DNA from: a virus
Taxonomy: Duplodnaviria; Heunggongvirae; Uroviricota; Caudoviricetes
Length of the DNA: 5,170 nt
Direction: 5' to 3' (one strand)
IMG/VR virus record: IMGVR_UViG_2778261420_000002
Location: 1 to 5,170 of that record
Shown: piece by piece, positions 1 through 5,015 of the stretch
Position numbering within the stretch: position 1 is the first letter of the stretch
How the letters are laid out: each line of letters opens with the position of its first letter
Translations under genes and position numbers: made by a program
Notes under the pieces: generated by a model
The model's input: only the letters and a program-made list of their open reading frames with translations
What the model was told of the DNA's origin: nothing
Databases searched by the model: none

Positions 1-91
1 TAAGTATTCTGCGCAATTTCCCCGACGGTCGCCGGTTCGGTGACGCTTAATTCATTAAACACCACTCTGGCGGTTTCGGTCATATCCTGCT
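1..91 (-). CDS. Partial hypothetical protein, N-terminal ~30 codons (MLKQQDMTETARVVFNELSVTEPATVGEIAQNT...); first ORF downstream of the Q/terminator module, runs off the window edge
   Basis: ATG at 91..89 on the minus strand, preceded by a purine-rich stretch (aaaagggaaaaaggc); frame stays open to position 1. Lies about 130 nt downstream of the minus-strand terminator at 222..250. Does not look like a holin (no hydrophobic segment in the visible part). Confidence 0.35.
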
Positions 92-221
92 GTTTTAGCA
101 TGCCTTTTTCCCTTTTCCGGTTAACGTGACATACCAATACCTCTTGTCGAAAAAGCCAGCAAGCTGAAAGACCGGCATTCGCAACCACCAGCGCATTTAA
201 CGTCCTGTACCGCTTTTCGGG

Positions 222-250
222 CACAAAAAAACCCGCATAAAGCGGGTTCT
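222..250 (-). terminator. Rho-independent terminator downstream of Q (tR'-like)
   Basis: On the minus strand: 7-bp GC-rich stem AACCCGC/GCGGGTT (plus 230..236 and 242..248) with a 5-nt loop, followed by a run of 7 T (complement of plus A225..A231). On the plus strand the downstream tract is only TTCTTT, so it is oriented for minus-strand transcripts. Confidence 0.7.
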
Positions 251-300
251 TTCAGGTGTCCATGTCTGCTATTCGCCTCGCGGTATAGCTTTGCGAAGCG

Positions 301-336
301 TAGCTGGATTGAAACAGTTTATGCGTAAAAAATCAA
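301..336 (-). promoter_or_regulatory. Candidate sigma70 late promoter (pR'-like) immediately after Q
   Basis: Minus strand reads TTGATT (complement of 331..336, overlapping the Q stop codon), a 17-nt spacer, then TTCAAT (complement of 308..313). Predicted start near 300, giving a leader of about 75 nt that ends at the 222..250 terminator, the same layout as lambdoid pR'/tR'. Hexamers match consensus only 4/6 each. Confidence 0.3.
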
Positions 337-887
337 GACATTTTTTGAGCAAACGATTCTCGCATAGGGATGTATAGCGCATATTCAGCAACAGCCAACC
401 AATTAGCAATTCGCTTTTCGCATGTACTAAAACACCATTCCGGGTGAACCTCATTCAACAATTCAGCCATTTTGCGTTTACTCATCCCCCGCCCTTCGTA
501 CCTTTGCCGCAGGATATCAATCAATCCAGGATAACGTGCAAGCGCTTTACTTATCACCCCATCAATGCGTAACGCCTCTGCATCAGTACAGTGAGACAAC
601 CAGCTCTTCTGTCTGCCAGCGATCATCTCTCGCAAGAATGCTTCCAGCTCTGGTTTATCAATCCCTGACTCCCTGATTCTACGCAGGGCTTCATTGATTG
701 CGGTTTTTGTCAGTTTTTTGGATGCCAGCAACTGATTGAACATATTTCCTGGTTTGCCACCACCTATATACGACCAACGCCCCCACATCCGTAATTTCCC
801 CTGGATCCAGACGGCTTCCAGCGTTTTTAGACGTAAATGCTCGCCGCTTTTGCCTGTAATTTCCGGGTATATCATATTTACGATCAC
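333..887 (-). CDS. Phage antitermination protein Q (Q21/Q82-like family)
   Basis: 184-aa ORF with an N-proximal LRMWGRW motif resembling the RWGAW motif of Q-family antiterminators. Sits immediately downstream of rusA and upstream of a promoter-plus-terminator module, the canonical lambdoid arrangement. Start is GTG at 887, overlapping the rusA stop (GTGA); an alternative ATG lies at 875. Confidence 0.75.
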   Translation of the reverse strand: MIVNMIYPEITGKSGEHLRLKTLEAVWIQGKLRMWGRWSYIGGGKPGNMFNQLLASKKLTKTAINEALRRIRESGIDKPELEAFLREMIAGRQKSWLSHCTDAEALRIDGVISKALARYPGLIDILRQRYEGRGMSKRKMAELLNEVHPEWCFSTCEKRIANWLAVAEYALYIPMRESFAQKMS

Positions 888-1249
888 TCACTCTCAATTT
901 TGTAAATCTTCACGCCCAGCCGCCCCCCAGGAACGCGCTGACCGCGCACAATATTGATTTCATCAAACTGCTCGTCGTCTATGAGAAGTCCGGCATGCGT
1001 CAGCGCATCCAGTGGTGCTTTCAGGATATTGTCCAGGTCACGACGACGTTTATCCGGTGGCTCTGCAATAATCTTTATCACCAGCCTTCCGGACAGGTTT
1101 AATTTCAGCCGCTGCTGGCGAACAATAAGCGCCACATCACGGCGATAACGCTCACCGGCTTTTGATACAAAATATGTGCTGCCACGACGTCGCCAGTAAG
1201 TGTTCACCGTTGGCGGGTAAGGCAAAACAAATTCTATGCGTTCAGTCAT
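884..1249 (-). CDS. rusA: Crossover junction endodeoxyribonuclease RusA (Holliday junction resolvase)
   Basis: 121-aa ORF (MTERIEFVLPYPPTVNTYWRRRG...DKRRRDLDNILKAPLDALTHAGLLIDDEQ...) with the RusA-family acidic motif (RRRDLDN) and the typical size. ATG at 1249 directly abuts the upstream gene's TGA stop. Confidence 0.9.
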   Translation of the reverse strand: MTERIEFVLPYPPTVNTYWRRRGSTYFVSKAGERYRRDVALIVRQQRLKLNLSGRLVIKIIAEPPDKRRRDLDNILKAPLDALTHAGLLIDDEQFDEINIVRGQRVPGGRLGVKIYKIESE

Positions 1250-2305
1250 TCATGCTTTCCACTTCAGGACACCCGAATTTCTCGCGTGCATTAAAAAACG
1301 AATCAGCAACAACAGCTGGCTGCCGTGTTTTTCTTCAAAATCTTTTACCCCGGCGTGTAGTTCGCTATGGCATTTACGGCACAGCGGAATAACAAACAAA
1401 TCATCAGCCTTTGTTCCCATCCCTCCCAGTCCATGACCAATGATGTGATGCGGATCATCTGCCTGATTGCCACACGTCATGCATTTCTGCGTTTTTACCC
1501 AGCGCGTGTATACAGGCATCTCTTCCCGTCGTGGTTTCTGGCGCTGGAGATACTGAGCCGGTGACTCCGGATCAACGGCAATGCTGACCACCGTCTTTTC
1601 CTGTGGCGGGTTTTGCTGGTGGGCGTGAGGCAGTAGCGCAATATTTTTTGTGCGCTGCTTCAGCATGCTGGTGGAGGTCTGCTCTCCCGGCACGATGTCG
1701 CTTTCGCGGTATACTGAGCGGATTTTTTCCGCGCGTAATCCCAGCGAACGACGTAATACCGTCTCCGGTAGTGCGTCCGCTACGTTATTTATGGTTGCCC
1801 ACCAGGATAATTCAGCCAGCGATAATTCCCGCTCCTGCGTGCCATTCATTGCGTGGCGGATGACATCAATCATCCATGCTGACAGGTTTTGGTGAGCAAG
1901 CTGCCCGAGTGATTCGGAAGTCTGGTCACGCAGCTGGTTGTCGCAGTGCCAGCACAACACCATTGCACCGGTACCGTAACGATGTATGACGGTTTCGCTG
2001 TGATGGTAGTCACCATGAGGCCACTGGCAGGATTTAATGTGGCGTAACAGCCAGTCAGACAGTGCACCAGCACCACCAGCAGCACGAATCACCCGCTCAT
2101 CGCTGAAAAATGGCAGTAATGATTTATCCTCCGCCAATGGCTGGCGAACGGCAGGAACGACTCCGGACGGCAGACCGCGCATGCTTTTCGGTTCCGGCTC
2201 CACCAGTACACGACCGCTGCGGAATACCTGCATGGATTCACGACCAGGCTTAAGGACCACCAGCCCAAGTTCCGGTACCGGAACAGATCGAAGTAATACC
2301 CGCAC
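1250..2305 (-). CDS. Phage protein with C-terminal HNH-like nuclease motif (resembles DUF968 / YdfU-like prophage proteins)
   Basis: 351-aa ORF. The C-terminus CMTCGNQADDPHHIIGHGLGGMGTKADDLFVIPLCRKCHSELH fits the HNH pattern (CxxC...HH...GG...CxxCH..H). GTG start at 2305 is preceded by GGAGG with a 4-nt spacer. Stop abuts the rusA start. The roughly 260-aa N-terminal part has no motif I recognise. Confidence 0.75.
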   Translation of the reverse strand: MRVLLRSVPVPELGLVVLKPGRESMQVFRSGRVLVEPEPKSMRGLPSGVVPAVRQPLAEDKSLLPFFSDERVIRAAGGAGALSDWLLRHIKSCQWPHGDYHHSETVIHRYGTGAMVLCWHCDNQLRDQTSESLGQLAHQNLSAWMIDVIRHAMNGTQERELSLAELSWWATINNVADALPETVLRRSLGLRAEKIRSVYRESDIVPGEQTSTSMLKQRTKNIALLPHAHQQNPPQEKTVVSIAVDPESPAQYLQRQKPRREEMPVYTRWVKTQKCMTCGNQADDPHHIIGHGLGGMGTKADDLFVIPLCRKCHSELHAGVKDFEEKHGSQLLLLIRFLMHARNSGVLKWKA

Positions 2306-2306
2306 G

Positions 2307-2579
2307 TTACCTCCAGATCCGTTGCTGGAATGTGCGGGACGGACGCGGTGGGCGTTCGGAATAAGGGAGTCTGACGGAAATTATCCAGTGTCGGAAGTCA
2401 GAACTGAGGTCTTTCTGAAACTCGTAACCACGTCTGCGGTAGTTCTGAATCAGCCACTCGGCCTGTTCTTCGGTGCAGGGATTGTGCTGATACCAGTCAT
2501 ATTTGAATGTGTGAGAACGCCGCCCGTGCCGGATGGCAAGGTCGGTATCAGAATTGTGTAATTTGGTTTTGTGCGCCAT
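2307..2579 (-). CDS. Hypothetical phage protein, 90 aa (MAHKTKLHNSDTDLAIRHGRRSHTFKYDWYQHNP...)
   Basis: The listed 108-aa ORF begins at a TTG (2633). The first ATG is at 2579, which I take as the start. The TAA stop at 2307..2309 sits inside the SD of the next gene (GGAGGTAACGTG), indicating translational coupling. Basic, Trp-rich small protein; family not recognised. Confidence 0.55.
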   Translation of the reverse strand: MAHKTKLHNSDTDLAIRHGRRSHTFKYDWYQHNPCTEEQAEWLIQNYRRRGYEFQKDLSSDFRHWIISVRLPYSERPPRPSRTFQQRIWR

Positions 2580-2631
2580 TGGTTGTCTCTGCTGGCGCAG
2601 CAGGTGCCAGTTGTTCAGGCTGGCGTGCGGC

Positions 2632-2661
2632 AATATTGTCTCTGATTTCTGTTGTCGTCAA
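2632..2661 (-). promoter_or_regulatory. Candidate minus-strand promoter for the 90aa-HNH-rusA-Q operon, divergent from the TA promoter
   Basis: Minus strand: TTGACG (complement of 2656..2661, 5/6 to consensus -35), an 18-nt spacer, then AATATT (2632..2637). Would restart transcription downstream of the 3315..3394 terminators. The -10 is weak. Confidence 0.25.
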
Positions 2662-2679
2662 CAGGCAACGTGCTATCAT
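2649..2679 (+). promoter_or_regulatory. Candidate promoter/operator of the parDE-like operon
   Basis: Plus strand: TTGTCG (2652..2657), 16-nt spacer, TGcTATCAT (extended -10, hexamer at 2674..2679). A perfect 6-4-6 palindrome CTGTTG-tcgt-CAACAG (2649..2664) overlaps the -35, as expected for an autoregulatory operator of an RHH antitoxin. SD GAGG at 2705..2708 precedes the ATG at 2715. Confidence 0.4.
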
Positions 2680-2714
2680 CGAATAGTGTTCTATCCTACT
2701 CCTTGAGGTTTACC

Positions 2715-2972
2715 ATGCGTACAACCCAACAATTCAGCATTACATTAACTAACGAGATGGCTGACATGGTGCGCGCCCGTGTGGCTTCCGGTGCCTATGC
2801 TTCAGAAAGCGAGGTCATTCGTGAAGGGCTTCGCGCACTGAATGAGCGCGATAAAGCAATCGAAGCGTGGTTAACGCATTCAGCCGCCCCCTCCCTGGAT
2901 TCAATCCGCAAAAACCCGAACAACGGACGCTCCATTTCACAGGTTCGCGCTGCGATTCGATCCGGGAAGTAA
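2715..2972 (+). CDS. parD: Type II antitoxin, ParD-like ribbon-helix-helix (CopG/Arc/MetJ fold) protein
   Basis: 85-aa product MRTTQQFSITLTNEMADMVRARVASGAYASESEVIREGLRALNERDKAIEAWL... shows the N-terminal beta-strand plus two helices typical of ParD/RHH antitoxins. SD GAGG lies 6 nt upstream. Stop is 5 nt before the toxin ATG. The ORF-track start at 2652 is a TTG and was rejected. Confidence 0.85.
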   Translation: MRTTQQFSITLTNEMADMVRARVASGAYASESEVIREGLRALNERDKAIEAWLTHSAAPSLDSIRKNPNNGRSISQVRAAIRSGK

Positions 2973-2977
2973 TCTGC

Positions 2978-3277
2978 ATGACATATGAAGTCATCATTAC
3001 TCCTGAGGCCGAACAGCAGATAATCAACCTGCACAGATACATAACGGAGAAAGCAGGAAGCGTCATTGCTGACAATTATGCCAATGCGCTTCTTGATTAT
3101 CTTGATGGGTTTTCTACATTCCCGCATCGGGGCAATAAACGCGATGATATTCGCCAGGGGATGCGGGTAACTCATTTCCGCCACAGAACGATTATTGCTT
3201 TTGCCGTTGATGGCAGAAAAGTCTTTATTGTCGGTATCTATCATGGTGGGCAAAGTTATGAAACCGATTTCTTATAA
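2978..3277 (+). CDS. parE: Type II toxin, ParE/RelE superfamily
   Basis: 99-aa product MTYEVIITPEAEQQIINLHRYITEKAGSVIADNYANALLDYLDGFSTFPHRGNKRDDIRQGMRVTHFRHRTIIAFAVDGRKVFIVGIYHGGQSYETDFL matches ParE-family size and pattern (ITPEAE...Y, F.V....V.I..I.H). Immediately follows the antitoxin gene and is followed by a terminator. Confidence 0.85.
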   Translation: MTYEVIITPEAEQQIINLHRYITEKAGSVIADNYANALLDYLDGFSTFPHRGNKRDDIRQGMRVTHFRHRTIIAFAVDGRKVFIVGIYHGGQSYETDFL

Positions 3278-3314
3278 ACTTTTACCCACATCATTCCGGT
3301 GTTAGAATAAACCG

Positions 3315-3338
3315 TCCGCCCCCTCTCTTACTGGCGGA
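3315..3338 (-). terminator. Hairpin, possible weak minus-strand terminator (nin-region type)
   Basis: 6-bp stem TCCGCC/GGCGGA (3315..3320 and 3333..3338) with a 12-nt loop. On the minus strand it is followed by CGGTTTATTC. Weaker than the adjacent hairpin. Confidence 0.3.
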
Positions 3339-3359
3339 TTCGTAGGCTATATAAATCAA

Positions 3360-3394
3360 AGATCCCGGCTCATGTTTGTGTCGGGATCTTTTTT
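3360..3394 (+). terminator. Rho-independent terminator ending the parDE-like operon; potentially bidirectional
   Basis: 8-bp stem AGATCCCG/CGGGATCT (3360..3367 and 3382..3389), 14-nt loop, then TTTTTT (3389..3394). On the minus strand the same hairpin is followed by TTGATTTA, so it may also attenuate the convergent phage transcript. Confidence 0.65.
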
Positions 3395-3401
3395 CGGCGA
3401 T

Positions 3402-3485
3402 TTATCCCCAGCGGCAAATCGAATACACCACCAGCGCAACCGCCATTGCAGTTCCTACCGTTGTGAATGCTTCAGGCCAGCTCAT
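3402..3485 (-). CDS. Small hydrophobic peptide, 27 aa (MSWPEAFTTVGTAMAVALVVYSICRWG), predicted single transmembrane helix
   Basis: Not in the ORF track (too short). ATG at 3485 overlaps the upstream gene's stop (ATGA). GGAGG lies 7 nt upstream of the ATG. Hydrophobic core TTVGTAMAVALVVYSI. TAA stop at 3402..3404 is followed at once by the terminator hairpin. Confidence 0.45.
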   Translation of the reverse strand: MSWPEAFTTVGTAMAVALVVYSICRWG

Positions 3486-3745
3486 TGCCTCGCCTCCAGT
3501 CTCCATACCGCCTGACCAATCCGGCTGGCATGGGTATCTTTGGATACTTTTCCGTCTTTAGCCATCTCTATAAGAATTTTGCGCAAATCTGCCGAACGCC
3601 ATTCTTCATCAGGAAATTCCTTCTCCATTGCCAACCGCAGATTCCAGGTTGCTATCGTGAATGGATATTCACCACCGAGAGCTTTCTCTTGTAGGGCAGC
3701 ACGGGAACGCATCACCTGCAAAACCTTCTCTTTTACATCCATCAT
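3482..3745 (-). CDS. Hypothetical phage protein, 87 aa (MMDVKEKVLQVMRSRAALQEKALGGEYPFTIATWNLRLAMEKEFPDEEWRSADLRKILIEMAKDGKVSKDTHASRIGQAVWRLEARQ)
   Basis: The listed 111-aa ORF has an N-terminal extension. The ATG at 3745 is preceded by AGGAGG with a 4-nt spacer and overlaps (ATGA) the stop of the out-of-frame DUF551 tail, so 3745 is the likely start. Family not recognised. Confidence 0.65.
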   Translation of the reverse strand: MMDVKEKVLQVMRSRAALQEKALGGEYPFTIATWNLRLAMEKEFPDEEWRSADLRKILIEMAKDGKVSKDTHASRIGQAVWRLEARQ

Positions 3746-3864
3746 TTCGCCTCCTGCGGCGGTTCTGGTAGCGGCATCCAGTGTGATGGAATCCACGACG
3801 CACCAGGAATTATCCAACCATCATTAGCATCAGGATGTCCCGGTATGTAAGTCGCCCACTTCAT
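3742..3864 (-). pseudogene. Out-of-frame C-terminal remnant of the DUF551 domain (…WATYIPGHPDANDGWIIPGASWIPSHWMPLPEPPQEAK)
   Basis: Translating the minus strand in the frame offset by one from the 3861..4469 ORF gives a 40-codon stretch ending SHWMPLPEPP, the characteristic C-terminal motif of DUF551 proteins. It ends in a TGA that overlaps the ATG of the next gene. Together with the WISCSERMPDSKTAVLV start of the domain in the upstream frame, this indicates a frameshift in an ancestral single gene. Confidence 0.5.
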
Positions 3865-4469
3865 TCGCAGTCACCTTTCCCGTCAAACTCCCTGGCAACA
3901 AGAACAGCTGTTTTGCTATCCGGCATTCGCTCACTACAGCTTATCCAATCATCCGGAGTTGCCGGGGAGCTGGTTGACGAATTCTTATTTTTCCGAAAGT
4001 TTCCGGCCTGAAACATAGCGGCGCGGTGACACCAGATAATCCAGCCAATCGCCATATCCCATGCCATGTATTCACTACCGCCATTTTTTACCCTGCGGCG
4101 ATCTACAGAATCCCCGAAATGCTTCTCCATAAATAACTCATAGGCAGCCCGTTCATCCGGCACCACCAGCATTGGCGGCGTGGCGTATAGCTTACGGGTC
4201 TGAACACCTGCCTCCTGGCATTTCTCTTCCTCAACAAATCTTTCGAAAGCATATTCCCCGCAATCTTCCCATTCTCCCCATTCATCATATTCTGCATCCC
4301 ACTGGCGATACTGATATGCCACTGGCTCTGCTTCCAGCGATGCCAATACAATTTTGAATAACTCGCCCTCTACTCGCGCCATCCCTGAATTGGGGTGGCA
4401 TTTCGTAATCGCTATTTTTAATTTGGCTTCTTCGATTAATTGTTCTTTTGTTAATTCAGTCATTTTCAT
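3861..4469 (-). CDS. Phage protein with C-terminal DUF551-like domain, apparently truncated by a frameshift
   Basis: 202-aa ORF; ATG at 4469 (MKMTELTKEQ...). The C-terminal WISCSERMPDSKTAVLVAREFDGKGDCE matches the start of a DUF551 domain but stops early; the rest of the domain is in another frame (3742..3864). The N-terminal roughly 160 aa is acidic and Trp-rich. Confidence 0.65.
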   Translation of the reverse strand: MKMTELTKEQLIEEAKLKIAITKCHPNSGMARVEGELFKIVLASLEAEPVAYQYRQWDAEYDEWGEWEDCGEYAFERFVEEEKCQEAGVQTRKLYATPPMLVVPDERAAYELFMEKHFGDSVDRRRVKNGGSEYMAWDMAIGWIIWCHRAAMFQAGNFRKNKNSSTSSPATPDDWISCSERMPDSKTAVLVAREFDGKGDCE

Positions 4470-4559
4470 TACCGCCCTTTCAGGCGGCCTCCTGATGTTC
4501 TGAGGGTGCAGAAATCCCTCCGGTTAAGGATTAAATTTTATTTGCTGTGCTAAATTTAA
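4470..4559 (-). promoter_or_regulatory. Structured intergenic region: two short hairpins and an 8-bp AT-rich inverted repeat
   Basis: Inverted repeat TTAAATTT (4531..4538) / AAATTTAA (4552..4559) with a 13-nt spacer. Hairpin CCGCC/GGCGG (4472..4476 and 4483..4487) lies between an AGGAGG (complement of 4488..4493) and the ATG at 4469. A second hairpin GAGGG/CCCTC is at about 4503..4521. Function not determined. Confidence 0.25.
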
Positions 4560-5015
4560 TTATTCAGTTTTTATTCCTGCTCTCAAAACAGCCTCTGCCA
4601 TTCTGATATCCGGATTTTCTGAAATCATCTTTTCCGGCGAGTCGCAATCACCACCACATTCAGTTATGCGTTCATGACCAAAACGAATTGTGGTTTTGTG
4701 CGCATTAATCATTTGTGTAAGCGCGTCTGTCAATTCTGCAATGCGTTTGTCTTTAACTTCCAGCTCTTTCAGTAAAGCCAGTACGTCAGGATCGCTAACA
4801 TCAACGACGGTTACGCGCGATTTCAGGTAATGTTCATCCGCAAAAGTTCGACCAGTTTTAAAATATCCATCATCCCCCTCACATGTGCAGGCATACACAA
4901 TATGCGTTCTGGGAAATATGCGCTGTATCGACATTTCATCGCCACAAACAGGACATTCCGGCACCTGAATTGGTGAATAACGTTCACGTAATGCCTGGTA
5001 ATTAGTCTTGCACAC
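4560..5015 (-). CDS. Hypothetical phage protein with N-terminal zinc-ribbon-like Cys motif and central coiled-coil-like segment (possibly Ead/Ea22-like)
   Basis: 151-aa ORF. CPVCG...CTC Cys cluster near the N-terminus, heptad-like LALLKELEVKDKRIAELTDALTQMI, C-terminal ECGGDCD. GTG start at 5015 is preceded by GGAGA with a 6-nt spacer and overlaps the upstream ORF by 14 nt. First in-frame ATG is at codon 28, which would remove half the Cys motif. Confidence 0.65.
   Translation of the reverse strand: MCKTNYQALRERYSPIQVPECPVCGDEMSIQRIFPRTHIVYACTCEGDDGYFKTGRTFADEHYLKSRVTVVDVSDPDVLALLKELEVKDKRIAELTDALTQMINAHKTTIRFGHERITECGGDCDSPEKMISENPDIRMAEAVLRAGIKTE

Noticed and set aside
1-91. Possibility that the first late ORF is a holin or lysis gene
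   Set aside because: The visible 30 residues are hydrophilic and acidic with no transmembrane segment. Too little sequence to assign, so it is left as hypothetical.
92-225. 32-codon ORF in the leader between the terminator and the first late gene
   Set aside because: No SD, overlaps the start of the 1..91 ORF, and a basic/aromatic composition with no hydrophobic or structured character. Likely non-coding leader.
269-454. 61-aa minus-strand ORF spanning the Q 3' end and the candidate late promoter
   Set aside because: Out of frame with Q and overlapping it. The region is better explained as the Q C-terminus plus the promoter.
736-1436. Plus-strand ORFs of 64 to 76 aa antisense to Q, rusA and the HNH gene
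   Set aside because: Overlap confidently assigned minus-strand genes, and their translations are low-complexity. Treated as spurious.
2037-2561. 174-aa plus-strand ORF (MWRNSQSDSAPAPP...)
   Set aside because: Lies entirely antisense to the HNH-motif gene and the 90-aa gene. Low-complexity Ser/Thr/Pro/Arg-rich translation typical of the reverse frame of a GC-rich gene. No convincing SD.
2633-2652. N-terminal extensions from TTG starts at 2633 (minus, 108 aa) and 2652 (plus, 106 aa)
   Set aside because: Both extended ORFs start at TTG with no SD and would overlap each other's promoter region. Internal ATGs at 2579 and 2715 fit better (2715 has a GAGG SD; 2579 gives a product without an unsupported leader).
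2795-3253. 152-aa and 86-aa minus-strand ORFs overlapping the TA genes
   Set aside because: Antisense to the well-supported ParD/ParE-like pair. No RBS and no recognisable motif. Most likely shadow ORFs.
3376-3827. Plus-strand ORFs of 61, 75 and 95 aa (3376..3561, 3467..3694, 3540..3827)
   Set aside because: All are antisense to the coupled minus-strand genes, which have clear SD and coupling signals. Compositionally biased translations.
4103-4357. 82-aa minus-strand and 61-aa plus-strand ORFs inside the 202-aa gene
   Set aside because: Alternative-frame or antisense ORFs nested within a longer ORF that has a good start context. No independent support.
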